From the NCBI GenBank assembly GCA_964035545.1, contig OZ037765.1:7264698-7328697 (forward strand): DNA of 64,000 bases, read 5' to 3'. The position numbers were made by a program, and so were the translations under genes. The DNA is from Bugula neritina. Its lineage: Eukaryota; Animalia; Bryozoa. Each line of letters opens with the position of its first letter. Position 1 is the first letter of the stretch. Positions 29,501-44,500 of this stretch are shown here, piece by piece. The notes beneath the pieces were generated by a model that worked only from the letters and a program-made list of their open reading frames with translations, ran no database searches and had not been told where the DNA came from.

Positions 29501-32500
29501 TGTCAAAACCTGACAACTTGACATTTCTCTCTAGAACTTTGCCCTCATAATCTGGTGCTACTTCTCTGTTGACTGAAATTTCTATTTACTAGTTGGAAGT
29601 TTGGGCTTGCATGTACAATATTCCACTAAATCAAGCAAGTTTTTGCACCCAAACACCCAAAGACTGTATATAATATATATTTATGAATGTATTATATGGA
29701 TGTGCACCATAGAGTATAGATTACAGAGTATAGAATACAGAGTATATACAATAGAGTATAGACTACAGAGCATAGAGTATAGACTATAAGCAATTATCTA
29801 TAGTCCATACACTATAGTCAATACTCTATAGCATATGAAGTATAAAGTGTACATGAGAAGGAGCAGGTGGAATAGTTATTGGATGTACATTCTCTAGTAG
29901 CTATTGAACAAGTGAAATGCTCAAATGTAGACTTTTGGAGAATAGGTAAACTAGAAGTTGTATAGTTTGTTCTCTCCGAATACTATTTATGATTGTCAAC
30001 TTAAATCACAGTCTCAAAGGGAGGGGAGGGTGGCCTGGGGCTGGGCATCAATGATTAAGATTCTGATTAGCATATAAGGGTATTAATAACAAGGCGCAGA
30101 TGTGCCAATTTAAATGACAGATTTCAACCCAATAACAAATGATTAATCAACATCCAGGCAATTTAGATTAAACTTTAATCCATTTATTTATATGTAGTCC
30201 ACATCCTGAGAAATAAAATATAGGCTCAACAGTTCGATGGTTCAAAGCGCTTAGCAACAAAATTAGCAGTTACTTCAAGACTATAAAAGATAGAGAAAAG
30301 AAGAACACAAACATTCTGTAACCAAGCAAATTGTACTACACTAGTCTCCATGGCAACTGTTACCAGCCTTAGTGTTGCCATGGTAACTGAATATATCAGC
30401 CTTCAAAGACAAATAAACTTTATTAGAATAATAAAGAGCAGCAGTGAACTTGATCAGTGATAGATGTGCTCATACAGCTGCCCCGAGCTCAGCATGCAGG
30501 AAGAATCAGCAATACTTCCGCTGCAGCAGTTCATACTTTCCTTGCTGTACATCTTTCAACCAATTAAATTCACACTGTGCATTGCATAAGCTCAGCATGT
30601 GATTAATTAAAAGCCAACAGCAACATCTGTATACCTACCAGCCCAACTCAAACACTGCATTTCCATTACTTGCATTATTGGAATGAATATATTTGTGGTT
30701 TCGTTTGATGCAACTGTTTCCCAACATGAATGAACAATCCATTTGCAAGTTGGAAGTGCAGTGCTTAACACAACCAACTCAAAGACAACACACATGTTGA
30801 AGGAACTAAAGTGCCAGGCCACAAGGAGGGGGGGGAAGAGGGGATTAGTCTTTCCACCATTTAGTGAAGAAGAGATATGCTGACGTCAGCACTTACCAGG
30901 AGTTAGAGGGGCAGCAAGACGCAGAGTAGGGGAAGCCAAATCACCATTTGCTAGAGTGGCAGAGCTGTACCAGGGACGAGAGGCTACAGGGGGCTCTCTG
31001 AAAATAGCACCAGGGTTGGCCGGATCTCCTTCGGTTGCGCTACTGGCTGGTAAAACATAATATAATCATGCAAAATCATAACAGAAAGGAACTGAAAAAC
31101 CATAAACATAATAGGGTTATACATAAATTAAAAAGTGGCAGATGTCACAAAATAATAATCATCAAGATGTGAGCAACTGCAGAAAAGAGCTTAGCCTGGG
31201 CTCTAGAGAGAAGATCCCAGTCTTTATTTTTAATACTCGCAACAAGAAACTATAGAAATGTAAAATTATGTTTTAGAAAGCAGAAATGAAATAATGTTTG
31301 TATTAAAATCCTTCAGCATGAGCTCTGAGCTCTCACCAAGGAGTTGCCACCTGCTAAGCCAATCACAATGTCTCTCGAAGATGGAAGCCAGTTCATGATT
31401 GGTTATCAAGCTTGTATGCATAAAAAGTGAAAGTAGATATTGGGACCAAGTTTATTCCATCACCTATTTATTACTTACTATATTGTGCAAAAATAGGTAT
31501 AGCCAATAGTTTTTAAAATTGACCTACTTTTACTTAAGAGGTCTGGAACTGCCACACAATTAGAAGGAAAATAGCCATCTGAAGATTTTCTGCCATCTTT
31601 CATGACAAACCCTCGCCACACCCCATTTGGCTTTTGGTCTATCACCTACAAACATAACACCAGCAAGCTTCAACCGCCAGTTTTCAGAGATTCAAAGTTG
31701 CATAAACTTCGCACAATTTAACAATTATCAGAATGATTACACTTGATTACATACAGGACTTAATTAAACACAACTCCTAGCCCTTGACACTAAGTCATTG
31801 TATTACCCGCTAACAAACAGGTTGTTGTTTTGGGGACGCTTACTTCATGCGCTTTTGAACAGTTGACCATTGTTTGGTTGTTTTATCTTTGAAATGCTAG
31901 CGGGTTATTTTATTTATTCACTGCAGTAGAGTGCACAACAAATGTGATCAATTTTATCGAGTGCAGGGGAGTGACTCAGCCCTGAATCACAGTATGAATC
32001 ATCAGTAACTCATTACTAAAAGCTGAGTGAAGTTTGAAACTATCACCCACATGTAACAAAAGGAAACACTAATTGTAGTAGTTTAATACAAATGTTAGTT
32101 CAAACAAAAAATCAAAGATTTTTAGTCAGCTCATGTTACCAAAAATACTTATAGTTATCAAAAGTTAGAAATCAATTTGATTGAGGGTGGATGAACATAG
32201 GAAACCACTTGAATGCAAATGTATTCATAAATTTCACATTGGTCCACAAATATCTATTGAGCTGGAAAAAATTGAGTATCCTAAATGATGTTGCCAACTT
32301 TGTTATCTAACAATCACTTTGAAATCTATTGTGCAAATGACAAAAAGATTATATAGCATAATAAGGCAAGTGCTCGTCCAGGGTTCTACTATCTCAATGT
32401 CATCTGTAATAAATCACGTGGTTGTGCACTGCCAAAAGGGTGACACTTCAACACGATAACTATGGCAAGCTGCTGCGGTGGGTTAGTAGGCCGATGGTGT

Positions 32501-35500
32501 ACCCCGATGATACACTCCGTGCCTTTATTGCGTTATGCCACTAAGTTTAATCCATTGAGACTAATCAACTCGTCCAACATTATCTTGGAATGCGTAAAAT
32601 TACCGTAATGAGATCGCCAGCAACGAAAGTGAGGCTCTGCGGATCGTTTACATTGCTGTAACTCTTCACAGCCTTGACTGTGATGGCTCTGCTCGCCTCT
32701 ACAACAGACACAATGCCACTTGACAACCTAGTGATGGCAGTTTGAGAGCAAATATAAAATAATAAAACAATACAGCTCCAGACACATGGCATCATACATT
32801 CCCATTTCCTGTCTACAGATGAGTCTTTCATCTACACACTTTTGACAGATGAATTACCAAATAAAAGGCTTTCTAGCTTGTACGAATTACCAGGGTAACG
32901 TGACAGGCAAATGGCAGATAATAATCTTTATATCTGCTGCAGTAAACTTTGTACCCAATCCAGGTGTTTTATAGTTGAGCTAAGTTTTTATACTCATCTA
33001 GATTTTTTTGTAATTTAAGCCCAGCATAAACAAATCTTCCTGAGCTGATTACTCTAAGAAGAAGGATTTAAGTTGAAATAAATTAAAAATCGTACTGCAA
33101 TGGGCATAAAGCCTGTCAGGGATGGTTAAAAAGCTATTACTATTATACTACAAAAACTGGTAAGTTTTGGCAGGTTCCCTACCACAGCTCTATCCCTTCC
33201 AGTAGGCTACAATCCTCAATATAAACTAGCCAACATCCACCTTGTTTTATCAGTACATAAACACTCTACCTAATTAACTAAATCCGTCAAGAACAGTTGT
33301 ATATCATTACGGCATGATTTATTAGAATGGGCACCCAATGTTGTGCAATATATCCTCTATAAATCAACCTAATATACTTTTTATCAAACCAATCCCAGAA
33401 AGTCTTAAACCTTTTAACATTTCATTGCTGCTAGTGTTATTGTATAATTATACTGATACCTGCTTATAACCCACTCTAAGCCTAATCTGGACTTGATTAA
33501 TTACCCAAATGCTAAAAATAATCTGAATGATGAGCGAAACCCAAGTATAAATCATGTTATAATTTGCTATAATACTCCAGATGAAGATGCAATAACATTT
33601 ATAAGATGATCATTAATATATCAAGTGTCAAAATGTAGGAAATATTTAAGTAACCAACCAAACTGGTGATAGTAAGCTGCTCTTATTAGGGGTTGAAGGT
33701 GCCATGAGCAAAAAATTGACCAGGGTCACAGCCGAGGTTTCAAATTCTCCTCAATGATGAAGAGTTATAAACTCAAGTCAGATATAGTGAAATCACAAAT
33801 TGACTGAATAACTGTACGCCAAGGTTAATTAACCGACTGTTGCTATCAATTTAGCATTTTTACGCCTAATGTTAATGAAGTTTGGCTCATTGGTGAACAG
33901 CCCACCATGAATAAGACCAACTTTAGTTAAAGGATTTATCTCTGTAGAACCAGTTCTCTGAAACTACTAGCAAACATTATCAATCTTATATGTCAAAGAT
34001 CAAAAAGATCAGCCAAGATTTATATTGGACAATTTGTGAGAAATAGTAACTTGTGCACACCGGTTTCTTATACAAGAGGTGCCAATATCCTTGCTATCCC
34101 CTATAACCAACACTAGCATGTCAGCCTTTAGTAGGTCTCTTGCAGAGTTGTGGCTACATTTCTGCAGCTTTAAATGTCAAAAACAGTCCAATGTTTACCC
34201 AGTTATCAAATAACAGTATATACTAATTACAACTAGCAGTTTGCTAGGCAATAAAAATAAATATTATCTTTTTGGTCACAGCAGTTGTTGCCCTTCTACT
34301 GGTGTCGTCTGTCTACTACTAAATATATAACAAAATAAATGGCATACGACTGACTGTCTAACACTTCCCAGTAAGACACCAGTTGTACGTATAATTTCCA
34401 GTCACTTTCTATTTTGGAGAAAAAAAAGAGCAATTTCTCAGCCTAACTTTCTAAATGAATTGAAGAGCTAATAGGAATTACAACAGCACTAAAAATTGCC
34501 CTCTGTCTCTGAGATAACCTAGTATGCTTATTCCCACTCTCACAATAGGCTAATCACGCACTATAGGTTAGGAGAGCTCGCAACTAATCAGCTACCAAGT
34601 TTTATTCATTAGCAGCCAATTTCTGTGTCAATCCATTTGGCTGAGTGGAAATGAAATTCTAACTAAATGAAGATTACGTGGCTGTAAGCAAGCAAATGCA
34701 GGTAATTCTAGCTAAGCAAAGTGTCCCACTCAAAAATGAATGAGAGAAATTGAGAAAACATTAATTGGAGATCCGATGCAGGAAGACAACTGTTTAACTA
34801 AACTAATAGCAGGTGGAACATATTGCCAAGAATAAAATGGCTATGTCAATAAACTTAGGGTTAAATTATTACAAAACAAACAGAGAATCTGAAACCTATA
34901 TCTGCTAAATGTCTCCTGTTTAACACTTTTCACTTAGTATCTTTGAATATACCACATGGCATGTCAACTGCGATCAACAAACAAAAATGGAAATTGGCAT
35001 CACATTTCTGGATATTAATTTTCAAATCTATAAAAAGAATCATCATGACTATATCAAAATACAACTAATAGCCTTAAGAGTTATGTACCCAAATCTTCAT
35101 CGCATTACATAAAATAAAAACACTGCAACTGTAAGAAGACCTTAAGGTCTACAATAACTGCTCTTTGATCATGTAAAAACTCCACCTGGGAGATTGAGTA
35201 ACTGTCTCCCATATGACCTGGTGATGGTGTCAGACAGCGTTATGGCAGACAAACACAGGTCATCTAAAGCTTACTTTCAGTTCAATGGATCTAGCAATAC
35301 ATGAAACTGCCCTTCTATATAACTCTTCCACTTAGTATACCGTCCTATTAACCTACGCTAAGTTAACTTAGAATTTAGTTATGCCTCCAGCTACAAGAGC
35401 TATAATATTACAGAAATTAAGTTTGTCTGTAACAACCTGCAGGACTGGTTACTATCCTTTCAAAAACAAGCTGTGAACAAATATCAGTTTTTACTAAATA

Positions 35501-38500
35501 CAAACATCGATTTTGCAAGAGATAAATAGTTTCCAAACAACACCAACTCAATTTTATAATAGGAAGTTTGGCGCAGTTTTATGAAAACAGATAATAAACT
35601 GTTGCAAAATACCCAATCATAATTAATTGCCACGTGCTGTCCAGAAATCTCGATTCCCTTCTTTTTAGTGTAAACTGAAAATTTGAAACCTGCCATAAAC
35701 CAGGGGTTCAAATTTTTGACCCCCCTCAGCTTTTCAACTGCCTAGGAAAACTACTTACATCAACATGATAATACAATGACATACAATAAGCTAAGTAAAG
35801 CATGATGAGACTTTGTTTATTAGAAGTAATGATGTTTGTTGATTCCAACTTCGAAAAACAGGATGAAATATAAACAACAATCAAGCACGTCATTCTTTCA
35901 AGCTAAGTTTCTTCACTTAAATTACATCGTACTTGAATTTCGAGCCCTTCTAATGCTAAAATAAGTAGGACATTATTTTTTGTGGTCTTACACTGTATAC
36001 AATGCAAATAGTTGAACAAGCTAATAATGGCTCTAATGCTGGCTTTTAAGATCAACTGAAAAAAGACCATAGTTTTACTGGAAACCAAGTATAAAGGATA
36101 TTTTAAATTTTAATTAAAGTCATCACTAATGAGATTATTTCTAAAAACTATGTTTAAAGTAGTAAGTTGGTAGTAACCCGGAAAATCCGAGCAGTTAGCT
36201 GTGACTGAAGTTACATAAGTACAGGAGATAAGCTACTCTATTATCTATTCTAGTACCCAACTACAAAGCAGCAGTGTAGTTTGGCAGCAATTACAGATCT
36301 ACGTAAAACTGTGATTCATCATTACTTTTGAATGATATTAGGCTATTAGATTTGAAGGAAATAGATTTAATTCAACAAAGATAATATTTATAAACATTTA
36401 GTAAGATGTATACTTCTTAGGGGGTGGGGTGGGGGGGTGGTAGATTATCTGACATAAAAGCACAACTGCAGACATTTTGTGTGTGTACACCTTAACCTCT
36501 CTGACAAACGTGACAGTGGTGATAACTTGTTGATAAGTGGCATACATCACGCAGGTGGCAAGCTATTGCTTATATACCAGTTATTTCAGCTCAGTCTTTA
36601 CTATCTGAACAGCTGCAGTACTTATATACTATTTCAATTACTGAATATTAAAACCCAGATGCACCATTACACACTAGTAACTGGTAACAGAGTACAGTCC
36701 AAGCTTACATGTAGGCATTCTAGCACAGATTGCACAGACTGTTAACTTAATGTATACATATTTAAGTAAATGCATTAATAGAGAAGTACTGTGCTTTAGA
36801 TGAGAAATGTGGCAAAAGCAGTTACGTTCTCTGAAAATTTTCAACACACGTAAAGGTTTTCATCCAAATATAAGTTATTACAAATAACCTTCTTAGATAT
36901 TATAGTGTTATTATAATTATTGCGATATCTAAAGCTCAGCCTAATCTAATCCAACAGAGCTCATAACCTTATTTAGACACCTGACTGGATTTTAATCACT
37001 CGTCTATTAAGTGTGATGGCTGCACTAGGCTGAAGACTGTGTAATCAATATTGAAGTTTGCGTGCAACCAGCGTGTGCTAAGTAAAGTATTTAATGCCAA
37101 CTCTTTGAGTATGACTGGCACCAAAAATAATGAAATAAGATAATCTTGTTTACAGTCTGCTAAAAAACTGAGAATCACCCATGCAGAAGGCTGATCACCA
37201 GAGCATAAGTGGAAACAAATTATTATATAATTGCTGTGCTAAAGGGGTACTAAACTTTAGGGGTGATTTTTAAGTTTGGCCATAATAAAAATAGAAATTC
37301 GTCCAGTTTTCAATGATTACACTAGCAATGAGTACTCAATGAAGCAACTAACCCCATAGACTAGCTGGTTATATAGAGTAACAGTTCAACTTTGTATAAG
37401 CCTATATTCCTTGCCTATATTCCTTACTATTTCTGTACATTGTATTGCAATATCAAGTTGTACTAAATATGTTTAAATAATAAATTGCATATATAAGTTG
37501 GATAAAATTTGATCAATAATGCAAAAGGGACATTATTGTTAGCAATTTGATGCCTAAAAAAAATTTAATGTGGGCTTTCATTTTTTCCTAATAGTAGATG
37601 ATAGCTGTTGCCCTATTTTAGAAATAACTGTTGGATTAGAAATGAAACAAGGAGTTGTATGCCCAAGTACCATGCCAGGAGGATACAATTCCAACTAAGT
37701 AAAAAGATGGTTTCACATTATTGGTTGTCAAGTCAAAGTTAAAAGTTCACTGTTTCCCGCTAGGATTAGGCTAACATACCTTCAAGAACTGCTTTAAGTT
37801 CTTTTGCACCAGCCTTCCTTGTAAATTTATGTACAATATCTAAGGCAGTCTGTTCATAGGAATTTGGAATATTCACATCTATGCCAGCCTGCGTTGGAAA
37901 GAATAATCACAACATTGATGTCTAGGTGTAACAAGGTTTAGCAAAAAATAAAAAATTAAAAAGTACAAATTCAGAGTAAAACTGTTCGAAAGTTTTTGTG
38001 TGTTACTCCTATTAAGAGTTTTAATATACCTCCTGATTTTTTTCTAAAATGTAATATTAAACAGTATTTGCATAGTTTGTTAGGTTTTAAAAAAAATTGA
38101 AATATGGAGCAAAACTGAAATTGCAACATTAGCATATGTGTGCAAAAATATTCAGTGGTGACAGCAGGTTTAGGATTTACATAGAATAACGTAACATGAA
38201 TAGAAGTGAAGCAGTATAGATTCAAGAGCAAACAACTCTAAAATATAGCAGCTTGACACCAGACATGAAAGTATATAATAATCAGGTAGGATTTAGCTGT
38301 CAAGCAGTGTTTGCACAATGTGCAAGAATATAGAAGATAAACTTCTCAGATGACAAGTTAACTGACCAGAGAGTGCTGTGTACACAACGTAAAGAAGGGA
38401 TTTGATGAAATAATGTTCTTAATATAGTGGAAGAATGCGTAACGCTTGATAATGGCACACACATACAATAGGTCCTACCAGCCGTTAACAAACTGAAGAA

Positions 38501-41500
38501 GGTCTTATTTTGCAAGCAATAAATTCTCCAGACTGCCTGTCAAATATGTCAGGTATTCAGCAGCAATTATATAATATAGTGCTGCCACCACCAGCTTATG
38601 GAGCTGAATGGGTAATAGCTGCTTGCAACTAAGCAAAACATTGGCAGCTTGAAAATGTTTGGAATGAATTATAACACTTTTGTTTATATTCTGCTTTACT
38701 CTGATTCATTGGGTTAAAACAAATCCTGGAAAGATTTAACATTATCATTAGGTACCTGGCTGCGTTTACCTAAATATTGACGTGGTGATAACTCCTAAGT
38801 GAATGCCAAAAGAGTCTTGGCAGATATTACATATAATGGAAGGAGAGAAAGAAAAAAACTCATGCTTTACTTGATTATGTAAGCCTGTACAGGATGTAAT
38901 CAACTTTTTTCAAAAATTATCATATGGCAGCAGCCCCAGTGACCGACAACTATTGTAAAAAAATCTAAATTAATTTGTTTGTGCTATTGACTTTTTACTC
39001 AAGAATACTATTACAAAATCTACTCCTTCATTTCACTTGGAGGTAAAACAAATGCAAGCAGACACAAGCATAGAGGGATATCAAGTTAAGATAAACACTA
39101 CTCATGCTAACAACAATACACAGTATTACATTCCTACTCTAAGCTAAAGAAACATATAATATAGCTTTATAGTTAAAACATTCAACTCACATTAATGAGA
39201 AACTTGACAGCATTGATTTTGCCACAAAGAGCAGCTTCATGAAGTGCTGTCCCTTGATGAGTCTGCCTCGTGATGTCTATGTTAGTCTCCATGAGCAGCC
39301 TGTAAGTAAAGCCATATTAAAACTGCACCATAAACGACCAGTGAAATTTTAAACTCTTCATGTACAAAAACGAATTTTATGAGAAGACAACTTTTAAAAT
39401 AGATAAAAGACCGGCCTAAATTATTATTAGCTGGTAGATAATCTATTATATTTTTCAGTGATAAAATACAGTAAAAAAACAAAATCATGTCAAGTATAAT
39501 TTGTTTACTTTTTTGTAAAAGTAAAAATCGCTACTTTTTTGTGAAACTGCTGACACAAAATTGCCAGGTATATCTATCACACATTAACCAGGAAGGAGTC
39601 TAGGTAACTCAAAAACAAGATGAGGTGGTGGTGCTGATGGTTGTAGCAGTCTATACATAATTGCTGTAGAAATAAACCCCCCCCCCCCCCCCCCCGTGTA
39701 TATGACCACAGCTAACAACTTAAGTGTATAATTTGGAAGCACTGCTAAGACACTAAGGTGCAATTCTCTTCAATCTAGTTTACTTAGCCAAATCAGAAAA
39801 AAAAACAAAAAAATCAACATTTTCTGCATTAAGCAGTTATCAACAGAATATAAAAGTAAAATTTCCAAGTCATTTGTAGATATAATCAATATATACCCAA
39901 TAAATAACATTATACAGTGAGAATAATTAGCTTATTAGCTTTCCCTGGTGACCTTCCGACTACGGAGTGTAATCAACAGAAACTACTCTGCAATTACCAC
40001 ACTTGGTAGGTTAGGGGGCCTTTTGTAATAACACCAACTTCCCTCAACCTGAGCAGATTACTCCTAGATTTAATGCATGTCACATGCAGACGTATTACCA
40101 ATAGACCATGTAAGATTGGTACATTTAGTACCTTGAACCAATTCTAGATACTCACCACTATAACTTATATAAACTTCTGCAAGTTCAAATGCAAAATGCA
40201 TACTTCTAGGAAATAGCTGTGCAACTTTTATTACATGCATTATTTTATTTCATATCTTAAATTTATGAATCATGAGTTCATTTTTCAAAATGTTTAAATT
40301 AAGTGCTTAAAAAATGCATTTAAAGAATGTATTCCTGAAAAATTACCCTGGAGCAGTTTGACCACAACCCCAGCTGTTTTGGCAAAACACATTTAATGAC
40401 ATTTTCATCGACATAGTGGTAAATTGGCTGGTTGTTTTTGGCAGATGAGTAGCACGCTGGCTGGCTGCAACTTTATACAATTCTGATTGGCTGGACTCTA
40501 CATGACCAGCTAATGATTGTATCTGATTGGCCTAATAATGTAGAGTTTTATATAAGTTATAGTGGTGATATTTTAGAGTTGGTACACACCCCTTTTTTGG
40601 TTGAGTTTTATAATCTGATCACGCTGTAGTCATCTACAACACTTCAGTGTATGGGGAAATTATTAGTATTGCGAAATCTGTTTTGGCTTATATTGCTATG
40701 CCAGTTTTCTGACTTGGTTTGTAATAAACCATAGGCAGCTATATAACTTAGGTGATTTCATCAAAGGTAGACATTACTTAGACCTTAGAACATCAAATCA
40801 ACCAGTGCTGCTGTTACTTGGTTTTATTGCAAAGCAGTAGTGAGAGCATAGCACACTAGCACAGTCACCTAGCTGCAATGGCAGTGGCCACACTAAACTC
40901 ACCAGTTTTATTAAAATATCTTATGTAAGGCACTTAAATACACTAGCCTAGTCTGTTAGTATGTAGAGCAGTAACACAGTTACAGCAGTCACATCACCCC
41001 TCTCTATCTTGTCTACCAAGTACAGAGGTTGCAAAAATGATAATCATTTCATGATTTAGTTTTAAATCAATGCATATTACTGAATACATTCTCATAGTCT
41101 GATTATTTTGCGCTTCAGTTTACTTTAATGTGATAATTTAAAAAATTGCTTCACATGCATATTACAAATGCATGAACCTACGCTAACCATAAATTATTTG
41201 CTTGTGTACTCACTACTGTTTTATTTTAAATTTATATAGCAGTAGCTTTTTTAATCAATCACATATTAATCTGCAAGAGTTTAATTGCACAGATAATGTA
41301 GACATTTTGTATAAAAATTAGTATTAACATGTAATGCCTTGCATGTGGGTCTATATTGCCAGTTGGTATCATCACCTATAATACCATGTTGATAACCCTT
41401 TCTTGTATACGATTTACTTAGCGAAACAGCATGATTATCTTACAAATGTAATGACATCAGCCGTGGGACAATATAGTCTAGAATCTAGACTCTAGATTCT

Positions 41501-44500
41501 TTTAACTGTGAAGTAATCAGCCTCAAACCATTGCTGGATGAAGTGCCTACACTTAGCTGTGAAGCTACTGCAATAACATCAACAATTTTACTAATGAGTT
41601 TTCAATACATGTTTTAGTCAGTTGGGTAAAATACAAAGGTTCTCTGGTATATGCTAGAATAAATGATGATTAAACATTGGATTTGATGAACATTTTTTCA
41701 TGTTGTGTGATGCAACATGATAGTTACAGAGAAAACGCTGATCCCACTAAAACTGTAATGAAGGCATTATATTTCAACACTGACTGCATACAACATTGTT
41801 ACCAACAGAATATTATCCATATATGAGTTTGTATTTTGCAAAATAAGCATCGAGTCTGAGCTGCCATTTTCTTTCACCCAAAAACCATTAATATCAGACT
41901 TTAGCTTACAAAGCATAGTGGTATAGCACATGCATATACAATAGCACACCAAAAAAAATATTATTAAGTGCTACACTTTATTGGTTACCAAGGGTGGCTG
42001 CAGAAAGCACAGCAGACTATTATAATCTTTTCTAAAAGAGGTGCAAACAGTAAGCTCCAGGACTATTTAGGATATCAAGTCCTTTATGGGTTGATTGCTC
42101 TTTTAACCTGGATTCTAAGAATAGCAATTAATTTAGTTTAGAGTTACTGCATTCTAGTCAGTTGAAAATGGCCTTTCTTTCCAGGTGGCATGGCCAGGAA
42201 ATAAGTAAATACTGTAAGAGGATCGCCATGTAGTAGAAATAGGTGTGCTCCGGAAGCACTATAGTGAAGTTTTAATGGCTGGCATATGGTATTGGATACT
42301 AGCCCTCAGAATGTTTTTGTCATCTTCCTGCCTCAATGGTGGTTGATGATTACTTTGAGTGAGGAAAAACATGTATTGAAAACTCATTAGTATAGCTTCA
42401 GAGCTAGGTGCAGATATTTCCTCGAACAATGACTTGAGACTGAGAAGCTCACGTTAAAATGAAGCAAGCTGCTAACAAAATTACTTCATAGTTGAAAAAA
42501 CTGGACTATATTGTCCTATGGCTGATGGCATTGCATTTGTGGGATAAACATGCTGTTTCACTAAGGAAATCATGTACAAATTGGTGATGATACCAAGTAA
42601 CAGTATAGACTAGCATGCCAAGCACTACAGGTTAAAGCTCATTTTTATATAAATCGTCTATGTTTTCTGTTGCTAAAAGCTGTGCATTTTAACTCCTGCA
42701 AATAAATATGCAACCAAGTCAAAAAAATTACTGTTGTAATTTTTTTAAGTAAAATAATGGTGGGCACATAAGCAACTATAATTTATGCTTAGCACATGCT
42801 TATACATGTGTTTGTCAGTGTGCTGTAAATATATGCTAGTGATGATAAATATGGTGCAGCACTGCCATTACAGTTTGCTGACTGTGCTATGCTATTGCTA
42901 CTGTTTTGCAATAGTAACAACAGTGTTTGATTCGCTGCACCTAAACAGTGTCTACCTTCGATGAAATCACCTAAGTTATATAGCTGCCTATGGTTTATTA
43001 CAAACCAAGTCAGAAAACTGGCATAGCAATATAAGCCAAAACAGATTTCGCAATACTAATAATTTCCCCATACACTGAAGTGTTGTAGATGACTACAGCG
43101 TGATCAGATTATAAAACTCAACCAAAAAAGGGGTGTGTACCAACTCTAAAATATCACCACTATAACTTATATAAAACTCTACATTATTAGGCCAATCAGA
43201 TACAATCATTAGCTGGTCATGTAGAGTCCAGCCAATCAGAATTGTATAAAGTTGCAGCCAGCCAGCGTGCTACTCATCTGCCAAAAACAACCAGCCAATT
43301 TACCACTATGTCGATGAAAATGTCATTAAATGTGTTTTGCCAAAACAGCTGGGGTTGTGGTCAAACTGCTCCAGGGTAATTTTTCAGGAATACATTCTTT
43401 AAATGCATTTTTTAAGCACTTAATTTAAACATTTTGAAAAATGAACTCATGATTCATAAATTTAAGATATGAAATAAAATAATGCATGTAATAAAAGTTG
43501 CACAGCTATTTCCTAGAAGTATGCATTTTGCATTTGAACTTGCAGAAGTTTATATAAGTTATAGTGGTGAGTATCTAGAATTGGTTCAAGGTACTAAATG
43601 TACCAATCTTACATGGTCTATTACAGAATTACAATAATTTTCAAGCATAAACTGATAATTATTTATAAATCAAAACAAAGGATGGCATTCGCATAATTAA
43701 AAACGCAAATAAACTACATAGAAGTTTTATCTTTGAGTTAAACTAGCAGTGGCAGCTTATTCAGCAGAAGATAAACATAAGGCCTCTAAGAAATCATTAA
43801 AGGTCAGATAGAAATACAGCAGTCAACTTACTGGAGTATGTCTGTAAAGCCCCCTCTTGCTGCCAGGTGAAGAGGTGTAGACCTCTTAGTGTCAGCACTG
43901 AGATCAGACCTGTCCAGTAATAGGCCGGCACATAGAGTGCTCTTGACGAGTAGGTCTACAACCTGGTAATATACAATGTGTAATAATAGAGTGCTATAAT
44001 TAGTAGCAATCAACTGCTACCAGGTTACTACACCACAGGGTGCTGTTACATTCAACTAGATACATTTCAATGTAGAAGTGAATATGATTTGTGGCCAGCC
44101 TTTTTAACTGAAGGTTTACTGCTCGCTGTAAACACAATACATCCATTTCTCAGAGGTAGGTGCAGTAATGGAGAAATTGAGAAAAGGCTGTGTTCTAGAT
44201 TAAAAATGTAGCAAAAGAAGTTATGTTCTTGCGAGAATTTCAACCTGCACCCCAAACCAAAATTTTACAATAAAATTAAAAAACTTAAGTATTAAGCTAT
44301 TTCAATTTTTCCACTACTGCTCCTAAATGATTTTTCAGTGCTGCTATTTGTTTTGACCCACTTGGTATTCTACTATTTCAATATACAACAACTTTAAAAA
44401 GTTCTAACTATTAAACAGTTACTACAAAGTAGACTACCAACAAAATATAAGTCATTTAAGGCTTTGAACTACAACAAGATTCTTAGATGGGCAGACATTT

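Larger units (their letters stand above)
40100..43622. mobile_element. 3.5-kb foldback-type non-autonomous DNA element / long inverted repeat in Caskin intron 6
   Basis: 40100-40762 is the reverse complement of 42960-43622 (no mismatch seen; coordinate sums constant at 83722). Diverged inverted similarity continues inward to 41615/42367; unique core about 750 bp; termini AATAGACC...GGTCTATT; no transposase ORF. Confidence 0.9.

Noticed and set aside
41616-42366. Transposase or captured gene in the foldback core
   Set aside because: The frames I read are interrupted by stops and show no recognisable motif; a translated search could still find a decayed remnant.
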